Source: Dipteris shenzhenensis
Taxonomy: Eukaryota
Direction: 5' to 3' (one strand)
Assembly (NCBI GenBank): GCA_047967505.1
Contig: CM106538.1
Length of the DNA stretch: 64,000 nucleotides
In this document: positions 51,591 to 63,937 of the stretch, one piece after another
Numbering within the stretch: the first letter of the stretch is position 1
How the letters are laid out: each line of letters opens with the position of its first letter
The notes under the pieces: generated by a model
Told to the model about the DNA's origin: nothing
The model's input: only the letters and a program-made list of their open reading frames with translations
Database searches by the model: none
Made by a program: the position numbers and the translations under genes

Positions 51591-54103
51591 AAAAATACAC
51601 CCAAAGTTTTCTGCTGAAGTCATCAATAAATGTGACAAAATAGTGACAGCCACCAATAGATGCAGCTTTAGTAGTCCACACATCAGAGTGGATTAATTCC
51701 AATGGCTTTTTACTCTCTTGAGCATGCCTAGGAAAAGGTTTCCATGCCTGTTTCCCAAATTAACAGGCTTCACAAACCTTGTGCATTTCTGCAACCTTGA
51801 ATTTAGGCAATCCTGCAACAATATTTTGGGCTTGCATTGATTTAAGTCGTTGTATATTAACATGACCAATGCGTTTGTGCCAGATATCAATATCTGCAAC
51901 TACACCGGTCCCATGTGCAAACATTGCTGCACTCAATTCGTCCGCATCCAACGTAAACATCCTGCCCTTCTTCTTTCCTTTTGCTATCAAGCGACCATTA
52001 TTTTTCATATCCTCAACAAAGCATCCATGAGGATTAAATCTGATCTGCAAGCCCTGCTCAACCATCTGACCAACAGAAACCAGGTTCTTGGTGATGTTCG
52101 GGACATGAAATACATCAGACAAGTATTTCTTTTTCCCATCCTGCATAGACAAAGGAATTTTGCCAATCTGCACAATAGGATGTGCAGTATCATCACCAGT
52201 CTCCACAAATCCTAGTTTTTCCATTTTCCTTGCATTCTGCATCCATTCAGCATGACCTGTCATGTGGTTTGACGCACCTGAGTCAACATACCACACATCA
52301 TTGCTTTTTTCTGCACTTGTCACAGAATTTGTCATATGCTGCACCATAAACAAGTGCTCATTTCTGTCATCACCCTGTCTACTAGAGGATGCATAATTCC
52401 CTTGCTGCAATTTTCCATTCATAATGTCATTCTGCTTTTTGTAGCAGTCTTTAGCCATATGCCCCATTTTGCCACAGTAGTAGCATTCAACATTGCTGTT
52501 TGCATTTTGGCCTCTCTGCCATCCACCACGACCTCTTTGGCTCCCCCTGCCTCTAGAGTTACCACGTCCTCCTGCATAGGACTGGTTTTCTTGCATTTGC
52601 TGCATATTCTGATTTCTACCACGGCCTGCAAATCGGCCTCCTCTACCTCTGCCAGCATTTGAGTAGAAGACAGCTTCTTTTGAAGTTCCTGCTGAAGAAG
52701 ATGCACTACCATTTCTCTGCTCTTCAGAAATTAGAAGAGCAATTCACGGACGGCAATGGATGTCCGGAACTGTGCATAATCTTTTCCTAGACCATTCAAG
52801 GTCACAGAAACTAAATCGTCATCATCCACTGGCGACCCAATGGAAGCAAGTGCATCCGCAATTTTCTTCACCTTCATGTGGTAGTCATTGATGCTCATAT
52901 TTTCTCTCTGCACATTATGTAGCTCCTGCTTGAGCTGCATTTTCCTGGCCTGCGTATTTGTGCTGTACATTCTAGCCAAAGTATCCCATGCCACCTTTGG
53001 CGTACTTGCATCCTGAATATGCACAATCATTGAATCTGAAATACTGATAGACAGCCAGTACATAACTTTTCTGACTCTCTCATGCCATCCTTTAAATGCC
53101 TGCATTTCCTGTTGATTGGGAACATTAGGAAGAACTGGTTCTTCTTCATTTCTTGTAATGAACTCCCAGTAGCCTTTTCCTATCAAGAAATTCGTCATTC
53201 TAAACTTCCATGCCTGGAAGTTGTTCTTGTCAAGCTTTTCAGTGACAATCTGTGAAAGGGAATCAGATGCCATTACAGAACACTGCAAAATATTCTGTCA
53301 CTGCAAAAACACAGCTTTTGCCTCACACGGGCAGATCTGCAAAACTGACGAAAGTGGTATTTTACCACACAGTCACTTCCTAGTGACGATTTTGCATCAA
53401 CAAGCAACAAGCATGAATCTGCAACTCCCAAAATTTCTGCACACAGGCATACGATGCAATTTCTGCGGCAACTTTTCACCGACTAGCCGAGTAGTGGTCG
53501 CACAGCAAAAACAGGGCCTTTTTTTGAGTGCCTGCGGAGAACTTCCGCCTCCAAAACGGGCCCCGAAATGACCTCGAATCAGAAAAATAAAGTCACCACG
53601 GGCTTTGCCCTCACCCGCAGCATATAATGCCCTCTCGCCACACCGCGAAGGGCGTCTCAATCTGAGACAGTGCACTCTTGCACTTCCAGCTGTGCTACCT
53701 GCAGAGATTTGCTCCCAAACTCGAAAAAGGAAAGCAACACTTGTCCTCTTACCAGGACACTGCGAACTTGGTTTGCTTTCTTGAGCTCCTTACCACGAAC
53801 AAGGCTCTGATACCATGTGAAGATAGTGGGAGAGAGGGAAGGAGTCTCACTTGAGGCTTTCTCACAATCACAATGGGGGAATACACACAAAGGTGGAGGC
53901 TGAAAACAGTTTTCCTCTTCTTAGTTGTGAAAGCCAAAAGAACTCTAGTACAAAGAAAATAGAAGAACCCTATATGTGGGTCTCAAACCAAACTCAACTA
54001 ACTAAGGTGGCATACTAACTGAGCCACAAACTAGAGTAGATAAGGATAGCTGTCATCCAGCTATTATTCGTGGGCGGTGTACCAACCGCATCTCCAGCTA
54101 ACA
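51591..54103 (-). mobile_element. 5' half of a Copia element: LTR 53816-54103, PBS, gag, protease, start of integrase
   Basis: PBS at 53804-53815. Motifs EKLDKNNFQAWK, CYYCGKMGHMAKDC, WYVDSGASNHM and ELIHSDVW...TFIDDFSR. Truncated at ~51590. Confidence 0.92.
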
Positions 54104-54167
54104 AGTCGGTGACATAAATACACAATGGTCACCCTGGCATATCGCGAGTGGAGCTCGATATCTCAAC

Positions 54168-55678
54168 ATGGGGAAGGAGACACCACGTGTTGTATTCATT
54201 GACAGTTTTCGAGGGAAGCTGTACCGCTACATATGCCACTCGCACACTGCGAAATGGGAGGATCGTCAGTTTCGTGCATGTTTGAGGACATTTCCTACAG
54301 GGGTGGTTGTCTCAGTGGTGGACTTTGCGGAGAATTACACCTTTGCACCACAGCATGAGATCCAATCGGAGTATTATTTCTCCGAACAGGTGACGTGTGA
54401 TTGAGTATTGATTTTTTCCCCGTGTCATTATATTGAATTATTTCAATAGTCATATTTTTTTTCAATGCCATATTGCAGGTTGCTATATTTGTGCACATTA
54501 GCTATCATCATGCACAGGCTCATGTGGATGGCATTGATAGCACCATGGACTCACGCGTCATTGTGCGAGAGTATCACTTTTACATTAGTGATGATCGATC
54601 GCATGATGCCCATTTTGTGCAGCATTGCTTCACTTTGCATGATAGTTTCTTGAGGGATCATGGTGTCACATGGCAGTGGTGCTGGATCTGGTCAGACGGT
54701 TGCGGTGGTCAGTTCAAATCCGCTAGACAGTTTTATTGGTTCTGCAGATGGCACCGTGAGACAGGCATTCCGATTACATGGAGCTACTTCGAGACAGGGC
54801 ACGGTAAGGGAGAGCACGATGGTGCAGGTGCTTGCGTGAAGCGTGCTTTGCGTCGATACCAGTTGCGTCACAGTGCCGATCGCTTCAAGGATGCACATGA
54901 TGTGGTGCAGTGGTGCAGCCAGCACTTATCCATTAGTGCTACCTCCTTGTTTCAGTCGCGTGACGATAGGGTGGTGAGCCGGTATTTTTGGTGCATGGAC
55001 ATTGGGTGTCTTGATCGGTCTAGGCCTTTTGATTGTCGTTCTGTGCCTGGCACTCTTGATTTCCATTCCATCAGGAGCGTAGGTGAGTCTCACCCCACGA
55101 TCTTTTCTCGACGGTTTGCATGTTTTTGCTCTGCATGCATTGATGATGATTGGGGAGGGTGCTCCATGATACCATGGGCCGATCCATGGGTATGGCGAGT
55201 GCTTTCTCCCTTCCAGCCTTGGGAGGAGGTACATGATGATCAGGATGTGGGATTCAATTCCTCTAGAGATTATGACCAGCTTACATATATTTTGCGTATT
55301 GGTGATATCTTCGCGGTTATTGCTTCGGAGGGCAATAAGGAGGGTGTGGATTATTACTTGTTGCGATGCTCTATGCTGAAGAGTGTGCTGAATGAGGATA
55401 CAGTGGATGGGCATGGGATGCACTTCAATGCTCATAGCATGATCGTAGGTGGCCACTATTTTCAGCAAATACAGAGGCGTGGTCGCTATATTGAGTTCCA
55501 GGAGTACATGGCGGATCAGGAGGTATACATGTATTCTCATCTTGTTGTTGGGATCAAGATTACTTTGAGTCGTGTTCGCACTCGCAAGGCGACGTCCACT
55601 CCACGATGGCGCCTTGCAGTGGCGGATCACGAGAGCATACTTGCAACTATTGGCATGAGAGCTGATCCTGAGGAGTAG
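54168..55678 (+). CDS. Sola2-type DDD transposase, C-terminal part (exons 54168-54389 and 54479-55678; N-terminus lost)
   Basis: Motifs VVDFAENY..EIQSEY, ISDDRSHD, WSDGCGGQFK and FETGHGKGEHDGAGACVKR. An 89-bp phase-0 GT-AG intron (54390-54478) joins the two ORFs in frame. Confidence 0.85.
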
Positions 55679-56009
55679 CACATTACATATCATATTTTTT
55701 GGGATCATTAGTTGATCAGATTGATTTTTATTGGGTATCACTAGTTGATTACACTTTTTTGTATTCGATATGTATAGGCTCACTGTGTGACCGTACCATT
55801 GTAATTTTCATGGAGTCATATTTTGTATTTCACTATGATGGCTGTATACACGTTCATACACATCATTGTATTAGATTCTATTTTTTACATGATGTCCGAT
55901 GTCTTCTCAATGGGATTTGTTGTGTTTGTAAAACAAAAAATTGTTTATTAGTAGTAATGTTGTAATTTGTTTTGTGCTTTAGGACATTTTAAAAACGTGA
56001 CTAAGAAAA

Positions 56010-58150
56010 TTCGCGCATGTACTAACGAAATACGCGTGTGGACTTACTTGTTGGGGATGAAACTTCGCACGACTCTTAGGCCACCCTAGACATACATCCA
56101 CGCGAGATTTGGTCTGAACTGATTTGGTATGCGCCACGTGGAAGGTACAATGCGTACATTTTTACAATCCCTACTAGCACGACAACGTATGAGCTATGGC
56201 GCATGTACTAATGAAATACGCGTGTGGACTTATCTGTTGGGAATGAAACTTCGCACGACTCTTAGGCCACCCTAGACATACATCCATGCAAGATTTGGTC
56301 TCCAACTTATTGGTATGCGCCACGTGGAAGGTATAATGCGTACATTTTTACAATCCCTACTAGCATGACTACGTGTGAAAAATGGCGCATGTACTAACCA
56401 AATATGCATGTGGACTTATCTGTTGGAGATTAAACTTTGCACGGCTCTTAGGCTACCGTAGACGTACATCCACACAAGATTTGGTGCCCAACTGATTTGG
56501 TATGCGCCACATGGAAGGATAGCTGCGTACATTTTTACAATCCCTACTAGAACGACTACGTATGAAAAATGGCACACATACTAATAAAATATGCACGTGG
56601 ACTTATCTGTTGGGGACGAAACTTCACACGCCTCTTAGGCCACCCTAGACATACATCCACGCAAGATTTGGTCTCCAACTTATTTGGTATGCACCACATG
56701 GAAGGTATAATGCGTACATTTTTACAATCCCTACTAGCACGACTACGTGTAAAAAATGGCGCATGTACTGACCAAATATGCATGTGGACTTATCTGTTGG
56801 AGATTAAACTTTGCACGGCTCTTAGGCTACCGTAGACGTACATCCATGCAAGATTTGGTGCCCAATTGATTTGGTATGCGCCACGTGGAAGGACAGCTGC
56901 GTACATTTTTACAATCCCTACTTCCCTACTAGCACGACTACATATGAAAAATGGCACACATACTAATGAAATATGCATGTGGACTTATCTGTTGGGGATG
57001 AAACTTCACACGGCTCTTAGGCTATCCTAGAAGTACATCCACGCAAGATTTGGTCTCCAACTGATTTGGTATACGTCACGTGGAAGGACAAATGCATACA
57101 TTTTTACAATCCCTACTAGCACGACTACGTGTGAAAAATGGCGCACGTACTAACGAAATATGCACATGGACTTATCTGTTGGAGATTAAACTTTGCACGG
57201 CTCTTAGGCTGCCGTAGACATACATCCATGCAAGATTTGGTCTCCAACTGATTTGGTATGCGCCACGTGGAAGGACAGCTGCATACATTTTTACAATCCC
57301 TACTAGCACGACTACGTATGAAAAATGGCGCACGTACTAATGAAATACGCACGTGGACTTATATGTTGGGAACGAAACTTCACACGCCTCTTAGGCTACC
57401 CTAGACGTATATCCACGCAAGATTTGGTCTCCAACTGATTTGGTATGCGCCACGTGGAAGGACAAATGCGTACATTTTTACAATCCCTACTAGCACGACT
57501 AAACCCTAAACCCTGAACCCTAAATCCTAAACCCTGTTGGGGACGAAACTTCACACGCCTCTTAGGCTACCCTAGACGTACATCCATGCAAGATTTGGTC
57601 TCCAACTGATTTGGTTTGCGCCACGTAGAAGCAATCCCTACTAGCATGACTAAACCCTAAACCCTAAACCCTGAACCCTAAACCCTAAACCCTGTTGGGG
57701 ACGAAACTTCACACGCCTCTTAGGCTACCCTAGACGTACATCCACGTAAGATTTGGTCTCCAACTGATCTGGTTTGCGCCACGTGGAAGGACAAATGCGT
57801 ACATTTTTACAATCCCTACTAGCACGACTAAACCCTAAACCCTAAACCCTGAACCCTAAATCCTAAACCCTGTTGGGGATGAAACTTCACACGCCTCTTA
57901 GGCTACCCTAGATGTACATCCACGCAAGATTTGGTCTCCAACTGATTTGGTTTGCGCCACGTAGAAGCAATCCCTACTAGCACGACTAAACCCTAAACCC
58001 TAAACCCTAAACCCTGAACCCTAAATCCTAAACTCTGTTGGGGATGAAACTTCACACGCCTCTTAGGCTACCCTAGACGTACATCCACGCAAGATTTGGT
58101 CTCCAACTGATCTAGTTTGCGCCACGTGGAAGGTATAATGCATACATTTT
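56010..58150. repeat. ~186-187-bp tandem satellite (about 12 units); last four carry telomeric repeats
   Basis: Anchor GACTTA recurs at 56041, 56227, 56413, 56600, 56787, 56982, 57169 and 57356. CCCTAAA tracts at ~57501, 57651, 57829 and 57987. Confidence 0.95.
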
Positions 58151-58241
58151 TGCAAGCACCATTCGCAGCAAGATATCTCGGATAAATGTGTGCTGCTATG
58201 ATGGGGTGCCTACAACGTAAAATATGCAAGGGGAGCCCTGA

Positions 58242-58540
58242 TCATTGTCGCATCGCCTCGGTGTGACCATCCCAAAACATATCCTCCAAGGCCTGCCTGT
58301 GATGTGACTCACGCTCAAACAACTGTCGAATGGCTCTCCAATCCAAGCCACCACCAGTGATCTCCGCCTCAGCCTGTGCCTGAAAGCTATCCACAACGTC
58401 CTTAACTGTGTCCAATTGACCCAGAGCCTCAATAACTGAATCCAGACTCGCAACCAAGTGAGGGGGTGCCCTAGCATCCTGCAGTGCCCTCATCTCAGCT
58501 CTCAGCATCTCTATCTACATACGAATAGTGGTGCTAGAAC
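58242..58540 (-). CDS. Possible accessory ORF exon of the Sola2-like element (helical protein, unknown function)
   Basis: GC-richer island in AT-rich DNA encoding MLRAEMRALQDA...LDWRAIRQLFERE. Possible cacAG acceptor near 58541. Confidence 0.35.
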
Positions 58541-59449
58541 CTGTGCGCTGGCTGGCGCATGCACAAAAAAAACACATGGAAATTAATATTCTATTTGGGT
58601 AATGAAAATAATATTCTATTCAATATGACTTATAATCTATTTACGTAATGAAAACTATTTGTACGTACTCCTTGATGAGGTAGGATGTCGTTGGGATCAT
58701 CCTATGCACCTACCGGTAGATGGGCCAAATGTGTGGCTCAATATTAATCAATATTATTAATAATTCTTAATTTTGATTAGAATTTTTTCAAACTCTAGTT
58801 GTTGCATTTTTAAACTTAGATGTCTCAAATATTTTTTCCTTATATGTTTCCCTTTTTTTACTTTTTATCCAATATGAAACTTTTCCACATGTGGTGTAAG
58901 GACCACATTGTCCACTTATGGCCCCTATACTAAGGACAGATAGTGGAGAGGTTTGGTTAATAAGACCTTCTTTGAATGCTTTACTGCCTTGGGTTTGCAA
59001 TAGATATGGAGGAGATAGAAGGATACCTAATACATTACTTTGAATGATACACAAGCAAGGCCCATCTAGTATTTCTCGGACTACACATTAAAAAAGAGAG
59101 CGGGTTCACACTACAGACCTTTTAAAGCGAGAACTTTGAGAAAATAATTAAGCCTTTTCAATATTATCTATTTTGGTTGGGCAATCCACCTCAACTAGTG
59201 GCCATTCCTACAGATCATCACTTGGTTCCCATGCTTGGGGAGAGAGGAGACCTTTGGACAATCATAAATTACGTATGTGTTTTCGATGCGCTGGTGCATT
59301 TACAAGATCCAATTAGCCATATGCTTATGCATCTAACCACTCTAGTGTTGGGGTCTTTGCCCATGTGGTGTGGTGTTTTAGGGATAATGTCCATGTGGTG
59401 TTTTATACAGCCTACTTACTCTACCTAAATTATGAAACAACTCTTAACC

Positions 59450-60995
59450 AACTATATAATCTATAATATTCCACATAAACGATGATTTTTTAAAAGATGG
59501 TTTTGAAGACTAAAATTTAAACGTTTTCTTGTTTTCTTGTTTTTAATACATGATTTTCTTATTTTAACAAAATTCTTATTTTCTTGTTCTTGATACATGA
59601 TTTCTAAAAACAAAATTTAAACGTTATATTAAATTCAAAACTTCAGTAATTTGTAAACTTCACTTATATATTTTTTTAAATAGATTATTTTAAAAAATAA
59701 ATTATATACTTTTTGACATTTAAATACTAACTTAAACTCTTATTTTCTTTTTTTTAAAAGATCATTTTTAAAAATAAAATTTAAACGTTTTTTTATTTAA
59801 ATATAAATAACACTAATAAAAAAATATCTTTAATCTCTTTTTTTAAAAAGATGATTTCAAAAAACAAAATATATACATTTTCAGGCTTTAAATAAAAAAT
59901 TACGTAATTCCAAAAATAATTAAAAAAACTTTAAAATGCATTTCAAATTTAGAAATATTTTATAATTATTCCTATAAACTAAAATTTAAACGTTTCTTTA
60001 TATTAATAAAAATAGCACTAATTTAAACTTTAATCTCTTTTTTTTAAAAGATGATTTTAAAAACAAAATATTTACATTTTCACATTTTAAATAAATGATT
60101 ACGTAATTCCAAAAATAATTTAAAAAAACTTTCAAATGCATTTCGATTTTAAAAATATTTTATAATTATTCCTATAAACTAAGATTTACACGTTTTTTAT
60201 TTCAATAAAAATAGCTCTAATTTTAAAAAACAACTTTAATCTCTTTTTTTCCAAAGATGATTTTTAAAAACCTAATTTTTACATTTTCACATTTTGAATA
60301 AAAAATGCCTCATTAAATGTTTTTTAAATTTAAAATTTTCACATTTTAAATTATAAATGTCGTAATTCAAAAATTTAAAAAAAATTTACAAATGCATTTC
60401 AAATTTATAAATATTTTATAATTATTCCTATGAACATTTTTTTATTTAATAAAAATAGCTCTATTTAAAAAAAAAAATTTTTATTTTCACATTTTAAATA
60501 AAAAATGTCGTAATTCATAAATTTCAAAAAAACATTAAAATGCATTTGAAATTTAGAAATTTTTTATAATTTTTCTTATAAACTAAAATTTAATTAAATT
60601 CTACCAAAAAGAAAATGCTACATAAAAAAAACAGAAATATAGAACATTTTCACATTTTCAATAAAAAATGCCTCATTAACCGTTTTTTAAATTTAAAAAT
60701 TTCACATTTTAAATTATAACTGTCGTAATTCAAAAATTTAAAAACAATTTACAAATGCATTTCAAATTTATAAATATTTTATAATTATTCCTATGAACGT
60801 TTTTTTATTTAATAAAAATAGCTCTATTTAAATTTTTTTTTTTCATTTTCACATTTTAAATAAAAAATGTCGTAATTCATAAATTTCAAAAAAACATTAA
60901 AATGCATTTGAAATTTAGAAATTTTTTATAATTTTTCTTATAAACTAAAATTTAATCAAATTTTACCAAAAAGAAAATGCTACATAAAAAAAACC
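59450..60995. repeat. Extremely AT-rich degenerate tandem repeats inside the transposon
   Basis: Recurrent ttttcacattttaaa, cgtaattc and aatgcatttc motifs. Near-identical ~360-bp duplication (~60285-60640 vs ~60645-60995). Confidence 0.85.
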
Positions 60996-61109
60996 CTACC
61001 TGGACTCTCCCGCTCCGGCTCCGTCCATCTCCGTCGATGTCCGTTGGTGGCTCTCCGTCACTCGCGCAATTCCGTGGAAGTCCCGCAAATCCGAAATCGG
61101 TGGATGAGA

Positions 61110-61790
61110 AGGAGCTCGATCGAGGTATGCGGAATGAGGGGGGTCGCTCTCCTTTTATTAGAAAAATTAGGGTTTAGCTACCTCGATCGAGGTATTCTGC
61201 ATGCATGCCACGATACCTCGATCAAGGTATTGTGACATGCCCATACATCTCGGTACATCTACCTCAATTGAGGTATTGACATGCCACGATACCTCGATCG
61301 AGGTATTGTGACATGCCCATACATCTCGGTACATCCACGTCGATGGAGGTATTGACATGCCACGATACCTCGATCGAGGTATTGTGACATGCCCATACAT
61401 CTCGGTACATCCACGTCGATGGAGGTTTTGAGATGCCACGATACCTCGATCAAGGTATGTCGGCAGCAGCCGGATGCCAAGTCATCGGTCCAGCATACCT
61501 CGATCGAGGTATGTCATCTGCCCTGTCGGCTGCCCTGTCGGATGGCACATACCTCGATCGAGGTATGCTAGACATGCCACCTTACCTCGATCGAGGTTGA
61601 GCTGGATTGCCAGAATACCTCGAACGAGGTAGATGTGGCATGTATAGGTGGCTTGCCAGCAAACCTCGATCGAGGTAGAGGCTCGGTCTGGTGAAAAAAG
61701 CCCAGTACCTCGATCGAGGTATTGGCTTGGCTCGGTTGTCCTCGTGTGTGATTTTCATTGGAGCTAATACCTCGATCGAGGTATTGGAGA
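61110..61790. repeat. Subterminal array of the 18-bp palindrome ATACCTCGATCGAGGTAT
   Basis: About 15 perfect or degenerate copies, part arranged as a 76-bp tandem unit (~61206-61460). Confidence 0.92.
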
Positions 61791-63644
61791 CCGAAGCAAA
61801 ACCTTTGTATTTTCACTCGAGCGGGTGTCACACTCACCCGAAAGTGGTTCGGAAGTGGACACCCTTAGCTTGCTACCACCCAGAGACACACATTATGTAC
61901 CATTGGATGGACTACAAGGCTCCAATGGATCCCATTACTCTTGTATGTGAACCATTAAATGGCCACTCTATGCATCTACTTAATCTAAATAATCGAACGA
62001 TTAAATTTATGGAGTCTTTTGTGAGGCTTGAACCCTTGTAGTTGTTGCATATTACAATCAGGCTTTTCATAAGGTTAGGGAATCGCCCACCTTACTAATC
62101 AAAGCCTAATTATGAGACCTTTTGGAGTCCAAAGAGAGTCCAAATCTCCCCTAATACCAATGCACAAAAAGGGATATAAAAAGAAATCTTTCATACGCTA
62201 GCATTTAAAAGATCCAAATATAGCACGAGTATATCCGTAAAGCTTTGTAGAGTAGACTAATAATAATAGCTACACGTGGTTGATTTTTGGCCCTACTAAG
62301 GGATTATGGAAAGTATAGTGTTTTCTAGTGGACAACTTACAAATAGGCTATCAAATATGGTTAATGCTTCGGGTTACAAAAAATGTAGGGATTTTTTGGG
62401 TTATTTTTTTAACATTTAAAGTTTTGCATTAAATGCATACAACGAGATATATTGATTTTTCTTTACATTTTTGAATTCTTTTCAAACCTATTGCATCTAT
62501 GATAAAGGGATGCACTTCCTTAGTATTTAATAAATGGACCCTCTCCCACTTATGTTGTTATTTCCATGGCTCATTCCAAACTGCCTCCTTGCACTAAATT
62601 ATGGAGGATCCTCCCTCTTTTATTTTTTAGAACCAAGGGAGAGACCAGAATCTCCTTACCTCTAGGAGGCCGCAATATAGTGGTTTTGCCACCTTGTTAT
62701 TATGACTTGAAAGATATGTACTTGCGCATTCAATTTATTTACCTCTACTGGTTTTGCCACCTTGTTATTATGACTTTGATGAAAGATATATACTTGTGCA
62801 TTCAATTTATTTGCCACTTGTTACTATGACTTTGATGAAAGGTATATCCTAATGCATTCAATTAATTATAGAAGAAATGACATGATTGTTCTAAAGTATG
62901 ATGGAAAGTTTCTAAAAGGCTGGCTAATTAAGTAGTAGCACTTTGGAGGATAGCGCAATCTTAAATAGAGAACTTTATGTGACCCAACCAACACCTAGAA
63001 AAGGATCTCCATTATTTATTCAAAAGAATTAAAAGCCTTTCTTATGAATGAAGAAAAGTGTTGCAAGCATGCTCTCGTTGAATTCTAAAGTTTCTAAAAG
63101 AAGAGCTCGATCACACTCGCAATTCTTTCTATGTACACTGTAAATGTAAAAGCTTTTGGCAGCAAAAATTTTGCTTCGTTATTGATTTCGTTGAAGGAAT
63201 TGCAGAATCCATTGCGACTCTCACTCTTGCTGCAACTGCACCGCTATCTTTCCATCCAGAACATGGTAACTGCTGGAACTAACTTAAAAATCATCATCCG
63301 TCTTGTGTACGTCGAAGCACTTTACGTACTCGAGACCCCAACTGATCGACGTCGGTGCTGCCAGAAAGATGCCTTCCAGCAACAGTAATTGTACTACCAA
63401 CATTACAGCATTGCTGCTCCACAGCTGTGATTGCGCTTTGTACTTATATACTCGATACACTAGACAAACGGACGATCCCGACAAGCTTGACGCTTTGTAA
63501 AAGCTTTCATGAGCTAGCCCTGATACGGATTCTATGGGCAAACCTTTCACTTTGAGTCCCCAGAATTCAGGCTCCGGCTCGATCGTGATCGGCGCACACA
63601 TTACCATTGCGAAAAGTCGCGGAGCCTCCAGAAGAGGAAAATAT

Positions 63645-63937
63645 TTAGAGTAGTAGCAATGAAATGGTCACACTCGAAATCACCAACAAAACAATTTGGG
63701 CATGAGTCTTATGCATTCTGGTGGCTCCGTTCGGGAGTAACGGGTACGCATCTGGAGGAGGGAGCACGCAGTTATCACCGTTGAAATACACCTTTTGTGG
63801 AAATGCCCACCCCTGCTTGAAAGAAAAGGTGGAGAGGTCTTTTTGGAAGAGTATCTCAGATTGCACGTTTCCATCCGGACCTGCTTGGCTCAACAAATCG
63901 TTGAAATATTTGATGCCATAAAACATGCCCGTATCAT
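63645..63937 (-). CDS. COBL: Last coding exon of a COBRA-like GPI-anchored cell-wall protein
   Basis: DTGMFYGIKYFNDLLSQAGPDGNVQSE.LFQKD..TFSFKQGWAFP.KVYFNGDNCVLPPPDAYP.LPNG plus a hydrophobic GPI tail. tttgcacAG acceptor at 63938-63939; TAA at 63645. Confidence 0.95.

Larger units (their letters stand above)
50831..61881 (+). mobile_element. Sola2-like DNA transposon, 11.05 kb
   Basis: 29-bp TIRs (50831-50859 GGGAAGTAGCAAGCTAAGGGTGTCCACTT; 61853-61881, 27/29 match). 4-bp TSD AGAG at 50827-50830 and 61882-61885. GGG termini and an internal DDD transposase. Confidence 0.85.
41589..62151. mobile_element. Outer MITE-like element (~0.84 kb of own sequence) hosting nested insertions
   Basis: Perfect 16-bp TIRs GGGGAGATTTGGACTC at 41589-41604 and 62136-62151, flanked by TTA and TAA. 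Removing the TSD-bounded inserts leaves 41589-41646 + 50311-50830 + 61886-62151. Confidence 0.7.

Noticed and set aside
54926-55783. 285-aa minus-strand ORF
   Set aside because: Antisense shadow of the transposase frame with no recognisable motifs.
57495-58040. A true chromosome end
   Set aside because: The tracts are under 50 bp, are interleaved with satellite monomers, and ordinary sequence continues on both sides.
61110-61790. CRISPR-like look: palindromic repeats separated by spacers
   Set aside because: Eukaryotic TE context, no cas genes, irregular spacing, and spacers that are themselves repeated in a 76-bp unit.
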